From Euglena gracilis (lineage: Eukaryota), in NCBI GenBank assembly GCA_039621445.1, contig CP154954.1, forward strand, positions 45,921,847 to 45,985,846: a stretch of 64,000 nt of DNA, in the 5' to 3' direction. Position numbers and translations under genes: made by a program. Positions 40,414 through 53,300 of the stretch are shown here, piece after piece (position 1 is the first letter of the stretch; each line of letters begins with the position of its first letter). The notes below the pieces were generated by a model that was given only the letters and a program-made list of their open reading frames with translations, was not told the DNA's origin and did not search any database.

Positions 40414-42624
40414 TGTCCCAAACAGCATTCCCCCCGCAAAGTTACTGCACACAAGTTTTTCGCACACGTATTTGGGAAGTCTCCCAGAAGGTTGAGGACT
40501 TTTTTTTTGTGTGCGATTCCCCTTCCATTGAGACGACCCATTCTTCGCTCGCTTCGTGGTTCAAAAACTATGTTGCATACTGACTTGTTTGGTTTTCTCT
40601 CCTTCCTGCATCCAGGTTCCCGTCCTGCAATTATATTTGCAGGGGTCCCCACACACAAAGCCTCTTATTTTTACCCTCAGAAACAGAATTGTCCTTCCTC
40701 AAGTGATTTCTCCCAACCCTTTTGCTTTAAATATCTCACAAGCCCACGGCTAAATTCAATCAAGCACCTTCCATCAATTTTTTTTGCACAAAAGGGAAGC
40801 TTAGAAGACATCAAAGCAGAAAACCGGTTACAAAACGGGCTGCCCAGCTTGATCTTCTGTTCTCAAAATCAATTTTCTTTCACAAGTAAACCCTGATTTA
40901 TTATTTGGACACGCAAAGTCCAGGTAAAGGGGGGTTGTTATTTGGGCAATGTTTTTGAAGCCAAAAATGACCACAAAAAAAACAACCCAACATTTCAATG
41001 GTTATTTTTTTGCATTTTAGGGCTTTTTTTTTGAAAACTCAACCTTTTTTGGAATTATTTTTTTACATCAATTTCATCCATTTTTTGTTTTTTTTATTTT
41101 GCAATGATTTTCCCATCTTTGCTTTCACGGTCATCCAAGGGGGCCAGGAGCCGACGTCAGTGCCGGGGGGGAGGAGCGGTTATTATTGGGGGGTTATTAT
41201 TTGGGTGTTTATTTATTTTGGTTTTTATTTTGGTGTTTTGCTGTATGTGTGTATTTTGTGAATATGTATAGTTCCGTGTAGGTCCAAAAATCACGTGGCA
41301 ACTCAATTTATACCAGTTTACATGTAGCTTGAAGCTTCAAAGGAAGACCTTTGTGTTTTGAGAGTTTGACAATGATTTAATTTATGACAATGATTTCATG
41401 ATGATTCTTGGGCCAAGTCTGTCAAAACGGAAAATCAAAACCTAAAAATAGACCCTCTCCAAATAAGATTCCCTTGGACGTTTCCAGCAATAAATCTTCT
41501 ATGAGGTGAGCCAATGGTGATTCAGGGGAATAAACACAAACATTTTTTGTGGTTTTCACGTTTTGTCATTGTTGTTGTATTTGCACATTTATTTTTTGTG
41601 TTATTTGTGTGTGTGTTTCGGTGATTTTTTTTGAATTTTGTTGGGAAGTGTTTTCAACTCTGAAAATTCAGGTTTTGGACGCCTTCTCCTGAGTTGTTTT
41701 GAATTCTTTGTCATTGTGGTGTTTTTGCCAAATAGCAAAATTCAAAATTTTCATTCAAAATTCAAAATGATCATGTCCAAGATTACAGATAACATGTTAA
41801 CACTCTTTTATTTCTCCTGGACCCCCGAAAATGCAAAGAAAAATCGATTTTTTTGTTTTCCTTGAATATATGCATTCATGCATTCACGTCAGACAGAATA
41901 CATGCACGGGGCCATTGGGAAAATTACGAAGAAGTTCCATCTCCAAGAAAAAGTTAAGGTTAGGGAATGCAACCAAAGCACAGGGCAGCTAAGTCCCCTA
42001 TGCCAGGTCGGGGTTGCTGGGGGGCAGACGGCGATCGGCTCGGGGCCGATCCTGAACTGGCGCCCTGGGGGCCGCCTGAGCATCGAGGAGACCATTGCCC
42101 TGTGCGCCGCGTTCGAGTGTGTGTCGCGGTCCTCATGGTTGCTCCTCCCCTGGTCCAGTTCCCCAGCCACCGTCGTACATGGCATAGGTATGAAGTATGG
42201 ACTGTGTCTGCTGGTGTTGTCAAGGACAGAAGCTCTTCTTCAGAAATCAATTGAATGCCGAAAGAGCCAGAAACGTTCCACAGTGACCGACAGGTTGTGG
42301 AAGCCAAACCATGGTTTTGGATGGGCACGATGAAATGGCCTCTCTCGTGGCCCGAGCCACGCTGCCAGAACCCGCTCCCGGAAACGTGTGTGTTTTTTGT
42401 GCCGTCAACCGTGGCCCCAAGGCCCACCGACACCTGCCAACCTTGCCCGCAGCAGCCCACACCCACCCCTGGTGCGGCCCAGCAGGACCCCCCTCCCCTG
42501 CCACCCCCCCCCCCCGCCGCCGCCGCAGCATCCACGACATCCGGCAGCTTGGGTCCCTCGCCGCCCCCGCCCCCATGGCCTGTGGCCCAGACGCCCCCAT
42601 GGCCCGGGCTCTCGGCCGTGGCGG
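39936..42624 (+). CDS. Candidate exons of an unidentified host gene (~39937-40030, 42007-42119, ~42528-42623)
   Basis: Short GC-rich open blocks preceded by pyrimidine-rich tract plus CAG, two of them followed by GT. No recognisable domain and no complete model. Confidence 0.3.
40105..41170 (+). repeat. Dispersed ~165-bp direct repeat pair (40105-40270 and 40997-41167)
   Basis: Shared TTTGAAAACTCAA..CATCAATTTCAT..TTTTGCAATG..CCATCTTTG..GGGCC(A/G)GGAGCCGAC..GTGC. Confidence 0.75.
40318..40412 (+). repeat. (TG)n microsatellite
   Basis: Direct inspection. Confidence 0.98.
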
Positions 42625-45600
42625 TGACGTTTCACTCCCCCCCCAAGGGAGCTGCCGTCTGCCCCTCCTGGGAACTCCAGGGTTCCCGGACCTGTCATGT
42701 GACAGTTTCCCTGTGAGGAGGGGGGTTCAGGGTTCAGGGGAGGGGGGAGCCCTCTCGTCGGGGGTGTCCGCAGCCTGCGGTGAATTCCCCAAGGAAGGCC
42801 CTTCAAATGAGACCCCTCGTGCCTGAGCGGACTGAGTTCAAGTTCAAAAGGAAAATCCCAACTCCAAGGCTCTTTTGGGTGCCAAGAGAGGGACGGTGGA
42901 AAAAAGTTTTGAACGGACGCCCCGCGTTGCACGCGCCTCGGGGGCAGGGGAAGAGGGGCGGCCGCGCCATGCCGCCGGCCCCGACCTCCGGGGCGTGACC
43001 GCGGTGACCTTTGCGCCGCTCCGCACCTGCACCCGCACCCGAACCCATGGCTGCTGTCGCCGGCCAGCAGTTTTCTGAAATTGGGACCAGGTTTTAAGTG
43101 AGCTTTGTTTTTGCACAGGAGGTCGGACCATCCCCACGGGCCCCAATTGGGGGTCCGGTTTCCGCACCCCTATTTTTTCCAAAAAAGGAATGCTCGAAAG
43201 CACGATTTTGGGGCGTTTTTGAATCTCCATTTTTCTTAATTTTGGGGTTTTTTTGGATCTCCAATTTTTTTTCACCGCCTTGTGCTGGATTTTTTTCTGA
43301 AAGGGTCCCCTCATTTGGCAGCCGGCGGTTTCTTTCCCACAGGACGCTGGAATGAGGTCGGCGTATTAAGATTCTTATTCAGGTGATGGAATGAAATATC
43401 TGGAAGGTCTTTTCCCAATTTCAACAGCAGTAACTCATTTTCAAAGCGAAAACATTGCTCGTTCAGACGAAGCCGTCATAATCCAATCCAATCCAATCCA
43501 ATCCAGTTTTTGTTCTCCAAGGTGCCTTCCTCCACGAACGCTCTCTCTTGAGGCCTTGGGTAGAAACACACCCCCTGTTTGTCTGCCTAATTGCACGGTC
43601 AAATTTACTGACGAGAACAAGCAGGGCGGAACAGACAATTACCAAATAAGGTCTTTGCATTTCGCCTCTCGCTGTTTTTATTTATCAAACCGTGGAAAGA
43701 TTGAGCCCTCCCCAAAAAAATTTACCACCTACCAGAATTTTCCACCAACCAATTAAAAAGGATGGCCGGTGGTTTAACCTCATTAACTCTCCCATCCTAT
43801 GGCTCAAAACCAAACCAGCAAACCAGGATAAGTATTTGCCTTTTGCTTCTGGAAATGTGACCTCCCGAAAGCAAGCAACCGATGGCTTGTATTTGGGTTT
43901 CCGAAAATTGGCTCTGAGGGTTGCTCATATTTGGGTTTGCATTTGGGTGTCGCCCGAAAATCGGTCAAAGGGTTGTTTATAATTGGGGGTTGCGTGCAAA
44001 AAGGGGTTGCTTTATTGGGGGGGGGGTGCTACATGAATTGAACGCCCCACTTTGGTTGACCACCAAACCAGACTTGGTCAGGGATTGGTCATTCCTTCGG
44101 CCAGCCAAAACAAGAAAAATGGGGTCGAACATTGGGATGACTGGACGTGCTTCAAAGGAACGTTGATTTCATGTTCTTTGACGTCGGAACTCTGCTGTGG
44201 AGCAGAATCAACGCAGCCGCACTTTTGTGTTATTTGCTTTATGTTGCTTGCTGTTTTTTTTTCCAGGGTTCGACGCCAGGACTGCTGTATTTGTTCGCGT
44301 CTTCCATCATCCTCTGCAGACCCCGGACCCATGCCTCTTGCTTTTATGTTGCAGGTTCTTCTGAATGTTCCCCATCCCAGTTTCCGCCATTTGCACCAAT
44401 GCGCTACCCCCCCCCCCACACTGACTCAATTTTTTTTATTTAAAAAAAAATGCCACGGGCCAGTCGTCCAGAGTGTCAAAAGTTGCCCCACGTTGTTCAC
44501 AAACCTTTTTGAAAAGCCCTCACTGCAGACCGCGCAAACGATTTGTTTCTCGGCTGACCACCACTGGGGCAACTGGTGACAAACATGCCCCCAAGCAAAA
44601 GTGTGCGGGCTGCAGGACCTGAGGGGCGGTGGAAGCCTCATTTGCTCTTTGGATGGTGAAAATCACGTGCTTTTTTTGTCACGGTCACCCACATCAAAGG
44701 TGATGGAATGGCAACATCAGCATGATGGCTTTGTGCCTTGGTGATGGCCAGTTGGCAACATCAGCAATGGCTTTATCATTCAGTTGGGCAATGGGTCATT
44801 CAAGTATGTCCTCCAGCCACCGGGTCAGCTCGGCTTGCGTCCAAACCTGTACTCGCCCATATCAGGCCTGCCATGCCTGTGTTGGAGATATCCTGCTCAC
44901 CGCGCAGTCACGCATTTCCTTGTTCATATTGGTGGAAACATTTCTGGTTTCATTGCGGTTCGAACGCAAGAGCCAAGCCGAACGCAAAGTCAGCCAATTT
45001 ACAAAGTTCTCGCACCTGCCCGTCGCTGTCACCCTGGGGTTTTTTTGGCCCACCGGAATTATTTTGTGGAAATTATGACCTCACATTGAAGGGTTGATGG
45101 GGACACCGACAGCGAAGCACGTCCACCTTGACCGAGACCGAAGGAAGACGAGGCTTCGGTCTCAGGGGTCGATATAATGTGCGGGTTTTGGTGAGGGCCC
45201 CCCCCCCCCCCGTGGACCGGACCCCCCCCCCACCTGCCAAGGGTATCAAGACCCCCCAAAAAATCAAATTTTTCCTTCCTCCTTTTTTTGCATTTTTGAC
45301 AAATTTTTGCCCAAAAAAAAGTGCCCAAAACGGCACTTTTGGACGTGGGGGGTCAAACTGTTTAGGTGAACTGTTGTTTAGGTATTTTATTGTTTAGATT
45401 CCCCCCCGGAAAACCCTTCTCAAAAGGTCGTTGTGCTTCGCCCTCGGTGTCCCTTCCTCCCTTGGCATTTTGCCTCGAGGGAGTACGAGGGGCATACTCG
45501 TACTCCCTCGAGGAAAACCGACCAGGGAGGAAGGGACACCGAGGGCGAAGCACAAAGACCTTGCCATGCCTTGTTCGCCGGCGGTGTTTGGATTGTTTTG

Positions 45601-45787
45601 GTGCGTCGGGTTAGGAGTCCCTGCTTAGTGCCGCCTCGCCGGAGTTGGCTGACGATGTTGCTCCGACTTGGCGACGTGACTTCTTGCCCTTGGGGGGGGG
45701 GTCCCCCCCCTCTGCCCCCCCTGGCCCCCACTCTCTGACCGAGGGCTTTTGAAGACAAACTTTCTTTTTCGGGTGGGGGGGTCGGGC

Positions 45788-46654
45788 TCACAAGGTCTTT
45801 TGTGCTTCGCCCTCGGTGTCCCTTCCTCCCTGGTCGGTTTTCCTCCAGGGAGTACGAGACACCTCGGGCTCCGCACTTTGCCCTTGTGAGGCCAGATTGT
45901 GCACTGAAATCAGGGGGGCCAGGGCATTTTCCAGGGCACCTTGGGCACCTAGTCGTTGATAGTGGGCTGTAAAAGCCTCCACCCCCTTCCACTGGCCAAT
46001 CTCACAAACTTCTTGGGCAGAAAGGCCCAATTTTTTGAGTAAACCAACTCCTGCCCCTCTGGTGGAGTGGGCCCCCCACGCCTGGGGGGTCACCCCATGC
46101 TTGGCCAAAAAATATTTTGTGATTGAAGCCACAGTGTCTGCACTTATGGCCTTGAAGGGGGGTTTTAATGAAATCAGAAGGGGGCCCCCAGGTCTGACGA
46201 ATAAACGTGTAGCAGCCACATAAGACATCATTAAATGAAAGGGGCTTATTTGTGGACATTGGGGAATGGACACCACCCTTTCCCACTTGTGAAACTTTTG
46301 GCCTTTACGTTTAATTTTAATGTAGGGTGCCCTACCCAACACACTGGTGGTTCGTTTGACTTGTGCCAAGTCAGAGGATCGATATAAACAGAGAATTCGT
46401 GAGCAAAAGATCAGCTGGGTACGCAATGTACAAATATCAGTGGGCATAGGCGCCTTTGCCAGCCCCAGGAGGATTGGGAGGGGATCCCAAAATGCCCCAT
46501 ACTTCTCCAGGTTTTGGTTCCAAAGGCTCTTGTAGGGGTTCAAAAGGGTGTGGAATCTCAGCCCACCAAATCCAGGAATCAAAAGCATTGCACTATAGGC
46601 ATTACGGGCTTGGGCCTTGGAGAATTGGAATAATTGAATTAAAGCGTCAGCCAC
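45788..46654 (-). CDS. DIRS tyrosine recombinase (copy 1)
   Basis: Catalytic R (LYRSSDL), H-x-x-R (HSTRG), GxW and Y (FTAHY) in the expected order. An N-terminal extension in another frame reaches about 46810. Confidence 0.9.
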   Translation of the reverse strand: MADALIQLFQFSKAQARNAYSAMLLIPGFGGLRFHTLLNPYKSLWNQNLEKYGAFWDPLPILLGLAKAPMPTDICTLRTQLIFCSRILCLYRSSDLAQVKRTTSVLGRAPYIKIKRKGQKFHKWERVVSIPQCPQISPFHLMMSYVAATRLFVRPGGPLLISLKPPFKAISADTVASITKYFLAKHGVTPQAWGAHSTRGAGVGLLKKLGLSAQEVCEIGQWKGVEAFTAHYQRLGAQGALENALAPLISVHNLASQGQSAEPEVSRTPWRKTDQGGRDTEGEAQKTL

Positions 46655-46799
46655 TTGGTCAGTGGTGCCTTCAGCGGGGGGGCACGCCCATGTGTTCTAA
46701 AATTACCCACAGAAGTGCAAAGGCACTCTGATAACGCTTTAAACTCGGGTTTCTCCCCAGGAAACCTTCAATGGTTTTAACCTGAATTTTTTTCCCCTC

Positions 46800-47736
46800 C
46801 AAAATTTGCCTGAGCAAATCATGCAAAGCAGGGGCCACTTGGGGGGTGGCATTTGCTCCCCCCTGCAATTGGTGAACATACCCCTGTAGGGGGTGATTTT
46901 CAGGCAGGGGGTCCCTGGCACTTTCATTTTTATTAATTGGGGCCACCAGGTGGCTGAATCCCAAAAGGGGGTGACCATCAAAACTTTGGTCTGGGGAAAC
47001 ATCTTTAATCTGGGCAGAAATTTTTGGATTATTGACCAGGGGGGGTGTGCATAAAGATCCCCCATGTTGTCCAGTGGACATTGCAATGCATTCACTGCTG
47101 TGGCCTCCCAATGGGGCCACCTGGCCACAAAATTAGGCAGTTTTTTGTTGCCTGGGGAGGCAAATAAATCTGTTTCCAGATTTATGAAATTTCGGAATTG
47201 CTGTCTTAGCCATTGAAAAAGTTGGAGGTCTAAAGAATAATCCCCCCTGTCCATTTCCCATCTGCTGATGGGGTCTGCCAGGCATTCTTTTGAAGGTACC
47301 CAGTTGACTTAGAGGTTTACTTGGTGCTCCATGCACCATTGGAAAAATGGTCTTAGCATTTTGTTGAAGGGGTCCTTTCTGCCCCCCCCCTTTTGTAAGG
47401 TAATAGTAGATTACCTGGCTGTCCACTGACAAAGAAACTGTTTCCCCAGGTTTGCTCAAGCCTTTCACTGTGTTTATTGCTGCACTGAGCTCCTTTACAT
47501 TGATGTGCAAAGTGGAGTCTTTTCTCCAAAATTCCTGCACAATTTCTCCTTTATGGATGTCCAGCCCCCCCCAGGCATGGGTGCTGCTGTCTGAGTGCAA
47601 CTCTCTGGTTGCATTTTGGGGGAAGGGTCGGCCCCCCCCAGGTGTCCAATAGAGTTTTTATTTCCCTTAATTGGGCCTTGATTTCCTGGGAAATGGGGTG
47701 TTTTGAGTCCCAGGGGGCTGTGGACTTTGCCACCAA
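46800..47736 (-). pseudogene. DIRS RNase H plus Dam-like adenine methyltransferase domains (copy 1, frameshifted)
   Basis: RNase H motifs LHSDSSTHAWGG, HINVKELSAA, SVDSQV and LADPISR. Methylase motifs DLFAS..NKK, VNAL and YAHPPW (YANPPW in copy 2). Confidence 0.85.
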
Positions 47737-47739
47737 ATA

Positions 47740-48730
47740 AAATTGCCAGGGTGTCTGTAAAAGCCCTTAAAAAGGGCAGGGCCATTAGGTTGCATCTTAT
47801 TTGGCCCGTAATGGCAGCCAATTGCCTTTTTGACATGTAATCTTTTTTCACAATTTTTCCCAGCTCCTTTTTTATGGTTTTGACTTTCTGGGGGGGCACC
47901 TGTAACTTTCCTTCCTGGAAGTTTAGTTGAAAACCCAGATGGGTTACCACTTGGGTGGGCTGCAGGGTGGACTTTTTCACATTGATTTTGAACCCAGAAT
48001 CCAGCAAATCTTTGACAACTCTGTTCAGGTGACTTTGCAAAATGTTTTGGGTGGGGGCCACCAGCAAAATGTCGTCCAGGTAAATAAAGACCTGGATGCC
48101 CCTTTTTCTCCACAGTTTTTCGAATGTTTTCATGACTGACATGAAAATTTGGGGCATTACATTCAGCCCAAAGCAGCCTGTTTGAAATTCCCAGGTCTGC
48201 CCCCCCACCTGATGCCTTAAAAATGGCCTTAGGCCTGGACTTACTGGAATATGGAAATAGGCATCCTTCAGGTCTATTTTTGCAGCCCAGTGGCCTTTTT
48301 CCAAAACTGGAAAAATGTGCTGGATATGATCCAGCTTGAAGGGTTTTACTTGAAACTGCTGATTTAATTCTCTGCAGTCGCTGATCATTCTCCATTTGGT
48401 TGTTCCCCCTTCTGGTTTCGAAATTAGAAACCATGGGATTAAATGCTGGGTTTCTGAATCCCAAACTCGTTTTTTTGACCCAGTTTTTTCGTAATCCAGC
48501 AGGTTTTTTTCTGCCTGGTTCAGGTCCAGGTTGGCTCTGGGTTTTGGGTGGGTGGACAATTTTGGGGGATTTACCTAGGGGAGTTGGATTCCACTCTTGA
48601 TCAATTGACATGTTGCCTGGGGGGCATGTTTTGACCACCATTTTAGACTTTTCTGAAGTCTCTGGTACAGGGGGGTGTCTCCCCATATTTCCTCCATGGA
48701 ATTTATTTTCCCAATTAGATGATTTTCTGG
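47740..48730 (-). pseudogene. DIRS reverse transcriptase domain (copy 1)
   Basis: Motifs WRMISDCRELN, KIDLKDAYFHIP, CFGLN and IYLDDILL. In-frame TAG at 48575-48577 where copy 2 has TGG (GIQPPWVNP). Confidence 0.92.
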
Positions 48731-49830
48731 GTGCTGGGTGGGGGGTGTTGGACATTGCACCCCTGGTGTGAATTGAGCATTCTGCAAAGGTGTTTGGGGG
48801 GGTGTGCATGCTCTGCTCACAGACTCTTTGATCCTCCACTTTGTTGTTGGTGTTGTCAATTGACATACCATAGGGGCCCCTTTTTGGGTCTCCCCCTTGC
48901 TTTGACTTGCCCCTGCCATGGGCACTGAAGAATGAACTTGAGGGGGGGTGGCCGCCTTGTCCTCCATGGCCCCTTCTGGGGCATCCTCCTGAGCCTGCTT
49001 GAATAAAATATTGAAATCCCCTGCTGGGGGACAGCTTTTTAGCTTCTGGGGGTTCTCCCCTTCTGATATTCGATGGCCCCAGTGGCCTTGATAAGAATGA
49101 TGATGGCCCCAGTGGCCTTGATGATAATTCTGGCCCCACTGGCCCTCTGGAAATTTTGATAGTCTCCATTGACTTCTCTTTGATCTTGGGCGCCATGCCC
49201 ATTGAAAATCTTGGGGGGCCTCTGTGGGCCATTCCTTTTCCCCTGATGGGGTTTGTGATGAAGAAATGGTTGGGGGGGTGTTGTGGACCTGTCCTGCCCC
49301 TGCCACTGGGCATTTGTTTGTGGAATCGGCCACCCTGGCCTTGGTATTGTTGGCCACCCTGGCCTTTGTTCCATCGGCCACCATGGCCATTGCTGTTTTG
49401 GCCGGCCTGGCCCAGCTTGCTGTTGTGGCCGCCCTGGCCCAGCTTGAACACGGTATTGGTGTAACTGGCATAATGTTGGCCCCAATGGCCCTGGCTCCAA
49501 TGGCCATAGTGGCCCGCTGGTCGTTGCTTCTGCCCCTTTCGAGGTCTTCTGACCACTGTCTGCCAGGGTCCGTGGCCATCACTTTGGGGGGTTTGAGTTC
49601 TGGAAATTTCTGTGGGGGAAATTTCTTTTGGGGAAGGGCAGCCACGGCTCGCCACAGTTGAACCGCGTCGTCAGGTTGTCCAGCTTCTGCTGCTGCTGCT
49701 GCCCCTTGAAGTTCTCCAGCGCTGTGCTTCTTTGAAGTTGCATCTTGCATTGAATTCTTTCGAAATGTCAACAACTTTTGATTTGAATTTCTGTACGAGC
49801 GTGAATTTCTGGATAGTTTGTATCGATTGA
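48730..49830 (-). pseudogene. DIRS gag-like 5' ORF region, Gly/Gln/His-rich, frame unclear
   Basis: Lies between the left ITR and RT. Two long overlapping frames (47667-49655, 48575-49774) contain QGHWG and GQGG repeats. Confidence 0.5.
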
Positions 49831-50319
49831 TTGACTTCTTCTTTTCTCAATTGGTGAAGTCTTCGAAGTTCCTTTCTTCTGGGTGTCGAAAGGCAATTTA
49901 GGAATCAGCCAACTCCGGCGAAAAAAAGGCACTAAGCAGGGACTCCTAACCCGACGCACCAAAACAATCCAAACACCGCCGGCGAACAAGGCATGGCCTC
50001 ACAAGGGCAAAGTGCGGAGCCCGAGGTGTCCAAATACTGTGGCAGCTTTGGTTGCCTTCAAGGGGCACCCCTGTTTTTTTTCTTCAAGACCGCAAGTTTT
50101 AAACAACAAGGAGGTTCTTTTTCTCGGTCCTCAGGGTTTTCGTGTCTCTCTCAATCGAGCACCTTCAAACAAAGTGCGGAGGAAAGGGTTTTTGGCAAAC
50201 GACCTGGAAAGCTCTAGGCCTCCTGCCTGTCCCTTCGCCAAAAACGCCAGGGAACAAACGAGTGTGTGGTCATGGAATTTGTGGTCCTGGAACGAACGCA
50301 TGAATTCGAGTGCCCAGCC

Positions 50320-53300
50320 CTCGTACCCCCTCGAGGAAAAACCGACAAGGGAGGGAGGAAGGGACACCGAGGGCGAAGCACAAAGACCTTGTGAGGCCAT
50401 GCCTTGCTCGCCGGCGGTGTTGTTTGGATTGTTTGCTGCGTTGGGTTAGGAGGCCCTGCTTAGTGCCGCCTCGCCGGAGTTGGCTGACGATGCTGCTCCG
50501 ACTTGGCGCCGTGACTTCTTGCCCCTAGGGGGGGTTCCCCCCCTCTGTCCCCCCTGGCCCCCATTTGCTGACCGAGGGCTTTTCTTTTACGCGTGCGGGG
50601 GTCGGGCTCGCAAGGTCTTTGCGCTTCGCCCTCGGTGTACCTTCCTCCCTTGTCGGTTTTCCTCGAGGGAGTACGAGACACCTCGGGCTCCGCACTTTGT
50701 CCTTGTGAGGCCAGATTTTGTACTGAAATTAGGGGGGCCAGGGCATTTTCCAGGGCACCTTGGGCGCTAAGTCGTTGAAAGTGGGCTGTACAAGCCTCCA
50801 CCCCCCACCACTGGCCAATTTCACAAACTTCTTGGGCAGAAAGGGCCCAATTTTTTGAGTAAACCAACTCCTGCCCCTCTGGTGGAGTGTGCCCCCCGCA
50901 CCTGGAGGGTCACCCCATGCTTGGCCAAAAAAATATTTTGTGATAGAAGCCACAGTGTCTGCACTTATGGCCCTGAAGGGGGGTTTTAAAGAGATCAGAA
51001 GGGGGCCCCCAGGTCTGACGAATGAACGTGTAGCAGCCACATAAGACATCATTAAATGAAAGGGGCTTATTTGTGGGCATTGGGGAATGGACACCACCCT
51101 TTCCCACTTGTGAAACTTTTGGTCTTTACGTTTAATTTTAATGTAGGGTGCCCTACCCAAAACACTTGTGGTTCGTTTGACGTGTGCCAAGTCAGATGAT
51201 CGATAAAAACAGAGAATTCGTGAGCAAAAAATGAGCTGGGTACGCAACGTACAAATATCAGTGGGCATAGGGGCCTTGACCAGCCCCAGGAGGATTGGGA
51301 GAGGATCCCAAACAGCCCCATACTTCTCCAGGTTTTGGTTCCAAAGCATCTTGCAGGGGGTCAACAGGGTGTGGAATCTCAGCCCACCAAACCCAGGAAT
51401 CAAAAGCATAGCACTGTATGAATTACGGGCTTGGGCCTTTGAAAATTGGAATAATTGTATTAAAGCGTCAGCCACTTGGTCAGTGGTGCCTTCAGCGGGG
51501 GGGCACCCCCATGTGTTCCAAAATTACCCACAGAAGTGCAAAAGCACTCTGATGGCACTTTAAGCTGGTGTTTCTCCCCAGGAAATTTTTGATGGTTTTA
51601 ACCTGAATTTGTTTCCCCTCCAAAATTTGCCTGAGAAAATCATGCAAAGCAGGGGCCACCTGGGGAGTGGCACTTGTTCCCCCCTGCAATTGGTGAACGT
51701 ACCCCATGTAGGGGGTGATTTTCAGGCAGGGTGTCCCTGGCACTTTCATTTTTATTCATTGGGGCCACCAGGTGGCTGAATCCCAGTAGGGGTTGACCAT
51801 CAAAACTTTGGTCTGGGGAAACATTTTCAACCTGGGCAGAAATTGTTGAATTATTGACCAGGGGGGGTTTGCATAAAAATCCCCCATGTTTTCCAGTGGA
51901 CATTGTAGTGCATTTACTGCTGTGGCCTCCCAATGGGGCCACCTGGCCACAAAATTGGGCAGTTTTTTGTTGCCTGGGGAGGCAAATAAATCTGTTTCCA
52001 GATTTATGATATTTTTGAATTGCTGTCTTAAGCATGGGGTGTAAAGAATAATCCCCCCTGTCCATTTCCCATCTGCTTATGAGGTCTGCTAGGCATTCCT
52101 TTGAAGGCACCCAGCTGAACTGGAGGTTTACTTGGTGCTCCATGGTGCACCATTTGAAAAAGGGTCTTAGCATTTTGTTGAAGGGGACTTTTCTGCCCCC
52201 CCCCTTTGTCACGTAATATTAGATTACCTGGTTGTCCACAGACAAAGAATCTGTTTCCCCAGGTTTGCTCAAACTTTTCACAGTGCTGATTGCTGCACTG
52301 AGCTCCTTTACATTGATGTGTAAAATGGAGTCTTTTCTCCAAAATTCCTGCACAATTTCTCTTGTGTGGATGTCTAGCCCCCCCCAGGCATTGGTGCTGC
52401 TGTCTGAGTGCAACTCTCTGGTTGCATTTTGGGGGAAGGGTCTGCCCCCAATCCAGGTGTCCAATAGAGTTTTTATTTCCCTTAATTGGGCCTTGATTTC
52501 CTGGGAGATGGGGTGTTTTGAGTCCCAGGGGGCTGTGGACTTTGCCACCAAATAAAATTGCCAGGGTGTCTGTAAAAGCCCTTAAAAAGGGCAGGGCATT
52601 AGATTGCATCTTATTTGACCCAAAATGGCAGCCAACTGCCTTTTCGACGGGTAATCTTTTTTCACGATTTTTCCCAGCTTCTTTTTTATGGTTTTGACTT
52701 TCTGGGGGGGCACTTGTAACTTTCCTTCCTGGAAGTTCAATTGGATACCCAGGTGGGTTACACTTGGGTAGGCTGCAGGGTAGACTTTTTCACATTGATT
52801 TTGAACCCTGAATTCAGCAAATCTTTGACAACTCTGTACAATGTTCAAAATGTTTTGGGTGGAGGCCACCAGTAAAATGTCGTCCAGGTAAAATAAAGAC
52901 CTGGGTGTTACTTTTTCTCCACAGTTTTTCGAATGTTTTCATTACTGACATGAAAATTTGGGGCATTACATTTAGCCCAAAGCATCCTGTGTGAAATTCC
53001 CAGGTCTGCCCCCCTACCTGATGCCTTAAAAATGGCCTTAGGCCAGGACTTAATGGAATATGGAAATAGGCATCCTTCAGGTCTATTTTTGCTGCCCAGT
53101 GGCCTTTTTCCAAAACTGGAAAAAAGTGCTGGATATGATCCAGCTTGAAAGGTTTTACTTGAAATTGCTGATTTAATTCTCTGCAGTCGCTGATCATTCT
53201 CCATTTTATTGTTCCCCCCTCTGGTTTCGAAATTAGAAACCATGGGATTAAATGCTGGGATTCTGAATCCCAAACTCGTTTTATTGAGCCAGTATTTTCG

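Larger units (their letters stand above)
45497..50030 (-). mobile_element. DIRS-type tyrosine-recombinase retrotransposon, copy 1 (full length, a few disablements)
   Basis: Domain order is gag-like, RT, RNase H, Dam-like methylase, YR. Inverted terminal repeats at 45563-45652 and 49905-49997. Internal complementary region 45791-45894 matches both outer termini, with junction GGGAGTACGAGACACCTCGGG. Confidence 0.93.

Noticed and set aside
44430-45030. Possible decayed transposase on the minus strand
   Set aside because: Multiple stops and no motif I can identify with confidence.
50031-50319. Spacer between DIRS copies as a fragment of another recombinase (RTLFEGARLR..P)
   Set aside because: The resemblance is too short to support a call.
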